Below the pieces are notes generated by a model. The model was not told where the DNA came from. It did no database searches and saw only the letters and a program-made list of their open reading frames with translations. A DNA stretch of 64,000 bases from contig BK006939.2 of the NCBI GenBank assembly GCA_000146045.2, positions 416,001 to 480,000 on the forward strand, read 5' to 3'. The number at the start of each line of letters is the position of its first letter. Within the stretch, counting starts at the first letter, position 1. This stretch comes from TPA_inf: Saccharomyces. Lineage: Eukaryota. Of this stretch, positions 44,526 to 53,685 are shown piece by piece. A program made the position numbers and the translations under genes.

Positions 44526-45740
44526 TCAAAGAGAGTCGGCTTTAACGTGGAGGACTTCCTTGTCTGTGGCGACGTTTTGAGACGAGGAATGACTGGTAGT
44601 TTGCTCGGGAAGTTCGTAGTTCTCTTGCACATTGATCTCACCATCTTCATTGAAGTTGATGTTCTCCATCTTGGCAAACAGTTGTCTCTTTTGCTCTTCC
44701 GTCAACTCCTGCTTTTTCTTGTTCTTGATCCAGTATCCTGGGTTCAAGTGTTTCAATTGTAAGTTTTTGGTGAAAGGCAAGTGACCACGCCTTTCTTCGA
44801 ATATCATTAAACTCAACACAATGATAAGAACCAACCAATAGATGTTGTAACAAAGCATGGATGACAAGTAGCCGGTGTTCTGCCATCCAAGCAAAGCATT
44901 GAAGATATCCCACCCATTGTCCAGTTCTGGGTTGCAACAATTGACATGGTAAACGGCCTTTCTGATGTTATAAGACCCATTACCATCACCGCCTTCGGAA
45001 GCATCACCACCACTGGCAAGGTTGAATCTGTAATTTTCAAAGTACCACGCACCACGAGAGAAAAGACCGGCGGAGATCAGGTACAAGATCGAAGTAGACA
45101 AAATCAAGAAAATCTGCAGCGAGGATTTCGAAGCACCATAGTACAACAAATACCCAACAAGACCACCACATATCAAACCAACCACAACGGGCAATGGGTA
45201 AGCAGAGGCGTGCGAGCCCTGTGTGGTAATACCTGCACCGGCAACGAACACAACAGCTTCCAAACCTTCTCTCAAGACAGTAATAAACGGCAAAAGGAAC
45301 ATAGCATATCTTCTACTCAAGAACCCAATCTTGAAATAGTCTCTCTTACGGTGAGGAATCTCCACCAACGACCGCGCAATCTTCACTCTCCACTTACTCT
45401 GCATCTTATTCATTCTCAACATAGGAATACCCATCATCGAGATCATTATCGTCGCAATCATACAAAAGATACCTTCCCACAAGTCTTCCGCGCTTCCGAA
45501 AATATCCTTCTGCAGCGAATAGTACGCACCGATGAAACCTGCACCGATGGCCAGACAAATGATGAACCCGAGTAACACACCGACCCAAACCTGAATCCTT
45601 AATTTACGGTACAGCGCCCGGTCATGTTCCCCGATTGCCTGTTTCAAAAACGATAGCAGCACGGAAATAACAATCACTGCTTCCAAGCACTCTCTGAACA
45701 CAACGAAGAAAACGGCCACGTTAAACACTTTGTTAGGCAT
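44526..45740 (-). CDS. FTR1: High-affinity plasma-membrane iron permease, 404 aa
   Basis: The first ATG (CAT at 45738-45740) gives MPNKVFNVAVFFVVFRECLEAV.... Two REXXE iron-binding motifs (RECLE, REGLE) sit in transmembrane helices. Confidence 0.9.
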   Translation of the reverse strand: MPNKVFNVAVFFVVFRECLEAVIVISVLLSFLKQAIGEHDRALYRKLRIQVWVGVLLGFIICLAIGAGFIGAYYSLQKDIFGSAEDLWEGIFCMIATIMISMMGIPMLRMNKMQSKWRVKIARSLVEIPHRKRDYFKIGFLSRRYAMFLLPFITVLREGLEAVVFVAGAGITTQGSHASAYPLPVVVGLICGGLVGYLLYYGASKSSLQIFLILSTSILYLISAGLFSRGAWYFENYRFNLASGGDASEGGDGNGSYNIRKAVYHVNCCNPELDNGWDIFNALLGWQNTGYLSSMLCYNIYWLVLIIVLSLMIFEERRGHLPFTKNLQLKHLNPGYWIKNKKKQELTEEQKRQLFAKMENINFNEDGEINVQENYELPEQTTSHSSSQNVATDKEVLHVKADSL

Positions 45741-45908
45741 GGCGGGAAGTATATGTGTGATGACCTGCTGAGAGAAGATTTCGACAACGTACAATCCGTC
45801 GTGTTATGTATTTTTTTGCTCACATTGAGCATTTTATATAACTAAAAGCTCAAGGTCGAACTACAGCCCATCGCTTCCACCGGGCCTTGCAACACCAACT
45901 TAGAAATC

Positions 45909-45915
45909 GGGTGCA
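45909..45915 (-). promoter_or_regulatory. Aft1/Aft2 iron-responsive element TGCACCC, about 170 bp upstream of the FTR1 ATG
   Basis: GGGTGCA on the plus strand reads as TGCACCC in the FTR1 orientation. A second TGCACCC lies on the plus strand at 46099-46105, about 360 bp upstream. Confidence 0.55.
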
Positions 45916-46584
45916 TTCATCTACGCTGTGCAGAGAATGAAATGCGCACCTTCTTACTGCTGCGACGGTGCTCGGCACGGCTTACGCGGGCGGGGGAAGG
46001 AAATAGCGGCCTGGCGTGAGTCGGCAGTCAGCGGCGGGCTCACTGTACTCGCTCGTTTAATGCACCAGCAGTATTCGCGCACTTAATAATAGTATTTCTG
46101 CACCCTGGCCTGGAAAGAATGCTCGATGCGCCCTGGTTGATTGGCGCAGAGCGTGTGTCAGTGCCGGACCCGATTTCTTTTTTTCTACACGTTGGTCTGA
46201 TGTCTCAGGAGTTAGTAGTGACCGTGGTCAAGAAAAAAACAGGACGAAAAATTGTTGAGAACGTATACGTATATTGTATTCTTCTTTTTTTTCTTTGCTG
46301 CCCTTTTATTATCTATTTCATTTTTTAACCAGAGGCAATCGTAAGAGAGAGATAATATAGCCCTTTTTGGTCTTTTTTGGCACCTTCAGCCGGACCCTGC
46401 TCTTTTATTACCCGGATGCTCGGGTTTTGTCTTTGCATCCGGGTAGCAAAACAGAATACTTGCTTTCTTATTGAAGTAGAAAAAATACAGAGAAAGCGAA
46501 AAAGGCTTCCTTGGCGGATAGATGGTCTCACAACAAGCATAGCGTATACACGTGCACTCACAAGCATACACAGAAGCGCGCAAA

Positions 46585-46866
46585 ATGAGTCTACCGGAGA
46601 TTTTGCCTTTGGAAGTCATAGATAAAACAATTAACCAGAAAGTGTTGATTGTGCTGCAGTCGAACCGCGAGTTCGAGGGCACGTTAGTTGGTTTCGACGA
46701 CTTCGTCAACGTTATACTGGAAGACGCTGTCGAGTGGCTTATCGATCCTGAGGACGAGAGCAGAAATGAGAAAGTTATGCAGCACCATGGCAGAATGCTT
46801 TTAAGCGGCAACAATATTGCCATCCTTGTGCCAGGCGGCAAAAAGACCCCTACGGAGGCGTTGTAA
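46585..46866 (+). CDS. LSM5: Sm-like protein Lsm5, 93 aa
   Basis: The first ATG at 46585 gives MSLPEILPLEVIDKTINQKVLIVLQSNREFEGTLVGFDDFVNVIL..., with Sm1 and Sm2 motifs. The track start at 46552 is a GTG. Confidence 0.9.
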   Translation: MSLPEILPLEVIDKTINQKVLIVLQSNREFEGTLVGFDDFVNVILEDAVEWLIDPEDESRNEKVMQHHGRMLLSGNNIAILVPGGKKTPTEAL

Positions 46867-46967
46867 AAAGGCAAAAATTAACGCGAATTTGTATAGTGCA
46901 TCTAAAAAAAATAATTAAGTATAAAAATAGATAAAGGAAATCAAGTGTTTCTTTTTTTTTTTTTGGT

Positions 46968-48842
46968 TTATTGTTTGACACTGGTGATTTGCTTAACCAG
47001 CGCCTCCAGCTTCGCGTTCGTGAGAGCGACGTCTTTTCCCCGCATCGCCACCGTACAATTCATTAAATGCCATATTCCGATCACGTATTGGACCTTGCGC
47101 ATGCCGCCCTGCTGGCGGCACATATCGAAACACTTTGCTGAAATCGCATAGATCTCGCCCAGATCGTGTTCGAGCATTCGACCGCCTAAGTAGTTTACCA
47201 GTATTTGCAGCAACAGAGCCTTCTTCAATTTGAAGCGGTTGTCCGCAACGGCTTCTCCGGCAACGAACTTGTTGCTAGAGTAGAACTCGCGGAGCTTCGA
47301 CACGTACTCGGCGCGCTGCTTGTCACTACATGGCAGCGGGTTCCAACTGAACGGCTCGAAATGGCTGAAAAGCCATAGGATCGTTACTGTGCACTCCCAT
47401 ATGGGGTTGAACTGCAGATCCGTTTCTTGTAGCAATTTCTCCACCTGAAGCCACACCTTGTTGCATTGCTCTACGAGTTCGCCCTGTTTGTCCCCCGAAC
47501 ATCGGCTCACTCTTGCCGCCTGCACTGTGTAGCAATTCAGAAGCGATATCATCTTCACCTCGCTGGATGTACCGCCAGATTGTGCAAGCCGCGTGTACTC
47601 TTCTACGGCCCCGCCGCCTTCAAACTGAACCTTCATGGCTTGCAGCAGCCTCACGTAGCCTGGAGAGGGCCCTAACTTAGGTGACTCGGTCGTCACTACG
47701 GCCCCCTTCAAGAGTGTTTGTTCCCACACTTTGTAAAACTCACAGAATTCAAGAATGCTCTTGTATGTCTGGATTCGTGAGTCCAGCTCATTCATCGAAA
47801 CACCGCCAGCGGCAATGTTCTTAATCAGTTTCTGCGTTGTAGAATAGACTTTGGGGAGGAACTTCCTGGAAAAATTGCCCTTTTCGTCATAACAGTTCAC
47901 GATGTAGCTGACACTTTGCAATAATAACAGTATGTTCTTTAATTCTTTGTAGTGGAAAATCATAGGCAACTCTACTTTCAGCGCTATCCTTGGCATGATT
48001 TTGATCACACATCCCTTACCTTCATTAGTGACTAGAGATTGCTTGTTTGTGTCAAAGAAATTTTTGAATTCGTTCAAGTGGTCCGTAATATTCCCGTCTT
48101 TACAAAGCTGGATTACCATCTCTAATGCCAACTTCCATGCATATAGCTCAGGCCCCACCGTGTGCAGCTCCGTGCTTCGCAGCTCCTGCAGAGCATCCTC
48201 GGGGATTGGGAACCTCTCATTTAGCAAGTAATTCACATAACACAGATTTAGAAACCATTTCCATTGTGACTTTTCCCGACATTGCGAGAGTAGCCCATGA
48301 AAACTCGTCTTCACCCTGCGGTGCTGTTTCAGCTTAATGCAAAGCATCACGCCGACATACTGGAATACGGATGCCCAATTTTGATACAACTCATCCTGCA
48401 AATTTACCATGTACTGGACTAATTCATTGCAATTTCTTAGTGCAATCTTATAGTGGAACTTACTGTCTCTCATAAGTGGCAAGTCATGTAACAGCAGAAA
48501 CTCGCAACGCATGATCTCTTCTACCAAATCTGTGTCGCTCTGGTGCGTTTGTAACCGTTCTTTCAAACTGGAAATGTAAAGCTCTGCTAGGTCAAAATTA
48601 TACGTCTCCTGTATCAATAACTCCACCATCTCAAACGTGACCTTACTATCCTCCAGAACTGAAAGCGTACATTTCGTTTTCAATAGCTGAAACATCTGGA
48701 TAGACATGTTCATGAGGCCATAATACTGCTTCAACCCTTCCTCAGAACCGATTTTATTCGCAATTGAATATGCATGGTCTCTGTATTCCTGTGCTAAGTG
48801 GTATACTTGTGAAATACTAAGTTTGTCGCCAAGATTTTCCAT
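46968..48842 (-). CDS. SCC4: Cohesin loader subunit (TPR-like), 624 aa
   Basis: The first ATG (CAT at 48840-48842) gives MENLGDKLSISQVYHLAQEYRDHAYSIANK... and 624 aa. It is convergent with LSM5, with only 101 bp between the two stops. Confidence 0.85.
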   Translation of the reverse strand: MENLGDKLSISQVYHLAQEYRDHAYSIANKIGSEEGLKQYYGLMNMSIQMFQLLKTKCTLSVLEDSKVTFEMVELLIQETYNFDLAELYISSLKERLQTHQSDTDLVEEIMRCEFLLLHDLPLMRDSKFHYKIALRNCNELVQYMVNLQDELYQNWASVFQYVGVMLCIKLKQHRRVKTSFHGLLSQCREKSQWKWFLNLCYVNYLLNERFPIPEDALQELRSTELHTVGPELYAWKLALEMVIQLCKDGNITDHLNEFKNFFDTNKQSLVTNEGKGCVIKIMPRIALKVELPMIFHYKELKNILLLLQSVSYIVNCYDEKGNFSRKFLPKVYSTTQKLIKNIAAGGVSMNELDSRIQTYKSILEFCEFYKVWEQTLLKGAVVTTESPKLGPSPGYVRLLQAMKVQFEGGGAVEEYTRLAQSGGTSSEVKMISLLNCYTVQAARVSRCSGDKQGELVEQCNKVWLQVEKLLQETDLQFNPIWECTVTILWLFSHFEPFSWNPLPCSDKQRAEYVSKLREFYSSNKFVAGEAVADNRFKLKKALLLQILVNYLGGRMLEHDLGEIYAISAKCFDMCRQQGGMRKVQYVIGIWHLMNCTVAMRGKDVALTNAKLEALVKQITSVKQ

Positions 48843-49302
48843 GAATTTGTACTTCTTTCGAAATCGTTCAATTTCTACCAATACTGATTCCCCTCTGATA
48901 GCTGAGATGTCGGGATTCCCTTTGCTGATAGATCTAACTCATCTCTTTACGTATTTTAATTGTGAAGCCGTAAATAGTTATCTTCCAAGTTTCTCTTACG
49001 CGAGCTTTTTGGGAAAAGAAAAAAATTTGAAGATCTACATATAAAACATGGCTTCAAAGGATTACTAATGACTTTTTTTACCTTGATAGGTATTCTTGAT
49101 GGTAAGAGTAAACAAGGGACGTGAAAATTACAGTAGTTACTGTTTTTTTTGGACTATAAGATCGGGGGAAAGATAACACATAAGAAATAAAACGACTACT
49201 AGTTAGACTGCTCTGCGGAAGAAGCAAGGAAGTAAAGGCTGCATTTTATTTTTCTTTTCTAGTCCAACATAAACAGGTGTATCAAGAGAAACTTTTTTAA
49301 TT

Positions 49303-50025
49303 ATGGCCGATGAGGAACGTTTAAAGGAGTTTAAAGAGGCAAACAAGATAGTGTTTGATCCAAATACCAGACAAGTATGGGAAAACCAGAATCGAGATGG
49401 TACAAAACCAGCAACTACTTTCCAGAGTGAAGAGGACATAAAAAGAGCTGCCCCAGAATCTGAAAAAGACACCTCCGCCACATCAGGTATTGTTCCAACA
49501 CTACAAAACATTGTGGCAACTGTGACTTTGGGGTGCAGGTTAGATCTGAAAACAGTTGCGCTACATGCCCGTAATGCAGAATATAACCCCAAGCGTTTTG
49601 CTGCTGTCATCATGCGTATTAGAGAGCCAAAAACTACAGCTTTAATTTTTGCCTCAGGGAAAATGGTTGTTACCGGTGCAAAAAGTGAGGATGACTCAAA
49701 GCTGGCCAGTAGAAAATATGCAAGAATTATCCAAAAAATCGGGTTTGCTGCTAAATTCACAGACTTCAAAATACAAAATATTGTCGGTTCGTGTGACGTT
49801 AAATTCCCTATACGTCTAGAAGGGTTAGCATTCAGTCATGGTACTTTCTCCTCCTATGAGCCAGAATTGTTTCCTGGTTTGATCTATAGAATGGTGAAGC
49901 CGAAAATTGTGTTGTTAATTTTTGTTTCAGGAAAGATTGTTCTTACTGGTGCAAAGCAAAGGGAAGAAATTTACCAAGCTTTTGAAGCTATATACCCTGT
50001 GCTAAGTGAATTTAGAAAAATGTGA
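49303..50025 (+). CDS. SPT15: TATA-binding protein, 240 aa
   Basis: The translation matches yeast TBP, including the two direct repeats (...[51 protein letters not shown]... and ...[37 protein letters not shown]). Confidence 0.97.
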
Positions 50026-50207
50026 TGGGGAAGGAGTAGACGAAAAGAAAAAAAGGTTTTCTATTTGTTCCATTTTCTCAATTATTAATGGTCCTCAAAG
50101 AAATAAAAGAAAAGGAAGAAGAAGTAATTGTAATATCAAACGGTTTTTTATAGTATATTCTTCTTATTCTATATTTATATATCAATGTTTTATAATAAGA
50201 TGTTTAT

Positions 50208-51470
50208 TCATAGCATATCTGGTGGATCGTCTCTATTAAGCGCCAGCGAGGTGTTTGCCTCTGCATTTTTCAGCAAAGCAAGCTCCCTTTCCAGCTTGAA
50301 TCTATGTTCACGCTCATCCGACAATTCTTTTTCATACTTTCTTTGTGTACTCGTAAGCACTTTTTTAAACTCACTTGTCATTATTGAAAGTGAACGTGAT
50401 CCAGAACCGCTTGTGGGGCTTCCTACAGAGGAAGGTGAACTTGGATCCCAAGTCACCGGCGAACTCGCTGGTGATGACATGCCGAAATTATGTCTGCTTG
50501 AATTCAGCTTGTTGTTGGCTTTTTCAAGTTCTTTATTTTCCTGCTCCAATTCGTGTAATTTCTTTTCAGTTTTACTCAAATTCGAGTGGTTGTTTAATAA
50601 CTTATCTTGTAATTCTCTGTTAGTCCGCGTTAGCTTCTCGATATCTTGTACATATTCGGCACGGTCATTCTCGAATTGCTTAGTCAAGAAATTGTGTGCC
50701 AGTTGCAAATCACTAAATGCCGTTTCTAGTTCTTCTAATTTTTTAGAGGAGTCTTCCTCTTGAATTGCAGCGGCGTTAGGCGAAATAGGTGGTGATGACG
50801 TATTTTTTTCTAGACTGACGCAGGTATCCAAGATAGAATTTATCCCATTTTTCAAGAACTTCACAGGGTCATCTAATGGTATTGGCTTGATATCAATGCC
50901 TTTCTGAATGGAGTTTGACATCAAGAAGGACGTTAATTCTTGAAGTATTTCATTTTTATCGTCATCAGCTTTGTCAGTATGGTAAGCACCCTTGTTAAAT
51001 TTATCTGTGCCACCCATATTAGTGGAAGACCTCGCTCTTTTAGAATTTGGGAAACTGTTGTTGTTTTCCTTCGTAAGCTGGTCTATCCCTGTAGTGTTAA
51101 TGGATTCAAGGATCCTCAGCATCATTTCATACCAATCCGCAGACTTCGGCTGCAGCTTCAGCAACTCATTGAGTGTGGGATTTAGATCATCAGAGTTCAA
51201 GTGCTCTTTTTGAACGTAGTATAGGGCGAACTCAGACACTAGCTTTTTGTCAAGGTCTATTTCTGACTCGTCATTTTTACTTCTATACAGAAGATAGTCA
51301 AAATAGTCAATGGAAGTGTATGGTCTACTATTGTGATGCGGATGTGACGGATTTTGGGAGAGAAGGTACTGTTTCAATTCATCGTATTTCAATGGATACT
51401 CTTCGTATCGTTCTGCACTAAAAAGCAAAGGGTTCGCTCTTCTCGAGAGCTCTAGATCAAATTTATGCAT
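50208..51470 (-). CDS. PEA2: Polarisome coiled-coil protein, 420 aa
   Basis: The first ATG (CAT at 51468-51470) gives MHKFDLELSRRANPLLFSAERYEEYPLKYDELKQYLL... and a coiled-coil C-terminal half. The track start at 51488 is a GTG. Confidence 0.85.
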   Translation of the reverse strand: MHKFDLELSRRANPLLFSAERYEEYPLKYDELKQYLLSQNPSHPHHNSRPYTSIDYFDYLLYRSKNDESEIDLDKKLVSEFALYYVQKEHLNSDDLNPTLNELLKLQPKSADWYEMMLRILESINTTGIDQLTKENNNSFPNSKRARSSTNMGGTDKFNKGAYHTDKADDDKNEILQELTSFLMSNSIQKGIDIKPIPLDDPVKFLKNGINSILDTCVSLEKNTSSPPISPNAAAIQEEDSSKKLEELETAFSDLQLAHNFLTKQFENDRAEYVQDIEKLTRTNRELQDKLLNNHSNLSKTEKKLHELEQENKELEKANNKLNSSRHNFGMSSPASSPVTWDPSSPSSVGSPTSGSGSRSLSIMTSEFKKVLTSTQRKYEKELSDEREHRFKLERELALLKNAEANTSLALNRDDPPDML

Positions 51471-51989
51471 ATGAAACGTGATATCCACCGTTATTCTCCC
51501 TCTCGAACACAGGACTTCGATAGTATCTTTTGTAATCTGTTCAGCTCAACTATTTGTTACCATACCATCATCATCACTTTACACATACTCATCATGTGTT
51601 TATTGACGCGAGCGCGACTTGCAAGAAAAGGCATAATTGTGGCGAGGTAATGAAAAATTTTTGACGTTTCCCTCATTCATTCATACATAACATTTTGGGA
51701 TTTTGGAACAAGGCGAGAGGAGAACGTCTTTGGACCACTGTAATAGTACACAATGCAAGATATTTTAAGTTTATGCTAAAAATCCAGAAGTGACGCTTCA
51801 TCAACGGTGTCAATATGGACCGAATTTTAGTGTATCTTCAATTGTAACCGTGAGGAGTAGACTCTTTGAATACGGGGGAAGAAGAAATATCATATTCAAA
51901 GCTAATTCATTGAAATTAGTGCTTGTCTCATCTAGCCTTTAGTGCTTAATCTCTGGAGGAGCACATATGGGGTTAAAGCCATGCCGGGA

Positions 51990-52100
51990 CTGGGGGCCCC
52001 TATCGGGGCTCGAACCCGAATCCCGCGAGTATTTATTTGAAGGTCCGGGACGCAAGTTACCTAATCTGGTTAATTGATATCCCATTTAGGCGATGACGTT
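51990..52100 (-). other. GC-rich tRNA-like element with a consensus-quality Pol III B box (GGGTTCGAGCCCC) and a 5-bp T-arm-like stem. It is not a complete tRNA.
   Basis: The minus strand reads ...ATTAACCAGATTAGGTAACTTGCGTCCCGGACCTTCAAATAAATACTCGCGGGATTCGGGTTCGAGCCCCGATAGGGGCCCCCA. TCGGG/CCCGA flank a 7-nt TTCGAGC loop, and there is a GCCCC-GATA-GGGGC hairpin. No acceptor-stem partner or canonical anticodon arm could be found. Confidence 0.3.
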
Positions 52101-52104
52101 CCTT

Positions 52105-52116
52105 CCCCTCACCCCT
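52105..52116 (+). promoter_or_regulatory. Two tandem stress-response elements (CCCCT) in the SPI1 promoter
   Basis: CCTTCCCCTCACCCCTCGG has CCCCT at 52105-52109 and 52112-52116, about 255-265 bp upstream of the SPI1 ATG. SPI1 is a known Msn2/4-dependent stress gene. Confidence 0.5.
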
Positions 52117-52369
52117 CGGCTTGTTAGAAGATCTATTGTTATAGCCTCCTCTGGAAGAATTTATGCCAGATGAAGAAAAAAACTTCTCGAAGTTCCCAGA
52201 TGCCCAAATGAGGGCTTTCCATCCCTGTTAGCTGGAAAAGTGTAAGTATATCTATATAAAAAGTCGGCCTACTTTTGCCAGGTTCGTCTTTCACTTGCAC
52301 TCTCTTGATCTTACTTTCTACTCAAAAAGAATCCAATACACAAAAATAAAATCAGTACTATTACTAATA

Positions 52370-52816
52370 ATGTTGTCTAACGCTAAGCTCCTTCTATCAT
52401 TGGCCATGGCCTCTACGGCTCTCGGATTGGTATCTAATTCTAGTTCCTCTGTAATCGTGGTACCATCAAGCGATGCTACTATTGCCGGTAACGATACAGC
52501 CACGCCAGCACCAGAGCCATCATCCGCCGCTCCAATATTCTACAACTCGACTGCTACTGCAACACAGTACGAAGTTGTCAGTGAATTCACTACTTACTGC
52601 CCAGAACCAACGACTTTCGTAACGAATGGCGCTACATTCACTGTTACTGCCCCAACTACGTTAACAATTACCAACTGTCCTTGCACTATCGAGAAGCCTA
52701 CTTCAGAAACATCGGTTTCTTCTACACATGATGTGGAGACAAATTCTAATGCTGCTAACGCAAGAGCAATCCCAGGAGCCCTAGGTTTGGCTGGTGCAGT
52801 TATGATGCTTTTATGA
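52370..52816 (+). CDS. SPI1: GPI-anchored Ser/Thr-rich cell wall protein, 148 aa
   Basis: The first ATG at 52370 gives [19 protein letters not shown] with a signal peptide. The body is Ser/Thr/Ala-rich and ends in a hydrophobic GPI signal (...[13 protein letters not shown]). Confidence 0.85.
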   Translation: MLSNAKLLLSLAMASTALGLVSNSSSSVIVVPSSDATIAGNDTATPAPEPSSAAPIFYNSTATATQYEVVSEFTTYCPEPTTFVTNGATFTVTAPTTLTITNCPCTIEKPTSETSVSSTHDVETNSNAANARAIPGALGLAGAVMMLL

Positions 52817-53343
52817 TCGAATAGTCTTTAACTAGAGACTTATTTTAAACAGGACATGTGTTTTTTACTAATATTGTATTCTTCGATGTAGTCGTTATAG
52901 TTCTTTTTCTTCAAATCATTTAAATAAAGAAACTATTTTTTCTTTTTGTGTGTAGAATAATAAATGTAATTCTAGTTCTTCCTTTTTTTTTTTGGCTTTT
53001 TCACAGCTCATCTTTTTTACCCATTTGGTCATGATTATGTTGTTTGCCGTTGTGCAATAGGGAGTTTGTAAATCCTGAGATAAAGTATGGTGCTTCGAGG
53101 TTAGCACTTAATTGGCGTAAGCTGCTTAATGACAAAACCCTCCTTGGGCTTGGCGTATACGAAATATGCTCCTGCGAAGCGCAGTGGCAATATTGAGCAC
53201 TATGTTAACGATAACGTGTTGGACTCATCGTCTGTGCACATATGATTGAAATCGGGAATCCTCTGCTTTTTTTAGGTAAAATCAAACTTTGGCTAAATTT
53301 GGATGATTACTTAAAGTAAGAAATGAATCTTAAGAGATGTATG

Positions 53344-53395
53344 AGTTTTGTGATAATTGTTGTGATTCCATTGTTGCCAAAGGCCATAATATTTT
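53344..53395 (-). repeat. Truncated delta LTR fragment
   Basis: GTGATAATTGTTGTGATTCCATTGTTGCCAAAGGCCATAATATTTTG matches the U5-side end of a delta in minus orientation. It lies about 60-110 bp upstream of the second tRNA-Val. Confidence 0.45.
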
Positions 53396-53456
53396 GAAAT
53401 TCACATTCCTTCTACAAGGTATTTGTTTCTTAAATGTTCATCTCCAAGAAATAATT

Positions 53457-53530
53457 GGTTTCGTGGTCTAGTCGGTTATGGCATCTGCTTAACACGCAGA
53501 ACGTCCCCAGTTCGATCCTGGGCGAAATCA
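53457..53530 (+). tRNA. tV(AAC)E2: tRNA-Val (anticodon AAC), identical in sequence to the copy at 22700
   Basis: The 74-nt sequence GGTTTCGTGGTCTAGTCGGTTATGGCATCTGCTTAACACGCAGAACGTCCCCAGTTCGATCCTGGGCGAAATCA is the same as at 22700. It is followed by a T-run. Confidence 0.95.
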
Positions 53531-53685
53531 TTTTTTAAATATGCCAAGCATAAAGTGTAACTCTGTTTCTCTGTCTGTCTCTATTTCTTTTTTAAAATCG
53601 TGCTCACTATCGTATTGTATTGTATTGTATTGTATTATTGCTATATTATTTTTTATGTATTTTGTCTATAATACCACCCCCCGTC

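Noticed and set aside
51990-52110. A possible complete tRNA gene with an intron on the minus strand
   Set aside because: The element has a good T-arm and B box but no acceptor-stem partner for TAGGGGC, no canonical 7-nt anticodon loop with U33, and a 1-nt variable region. It matches no yeast tRNA family I compared, so I kept it only as a tRNA-like or B-box element.
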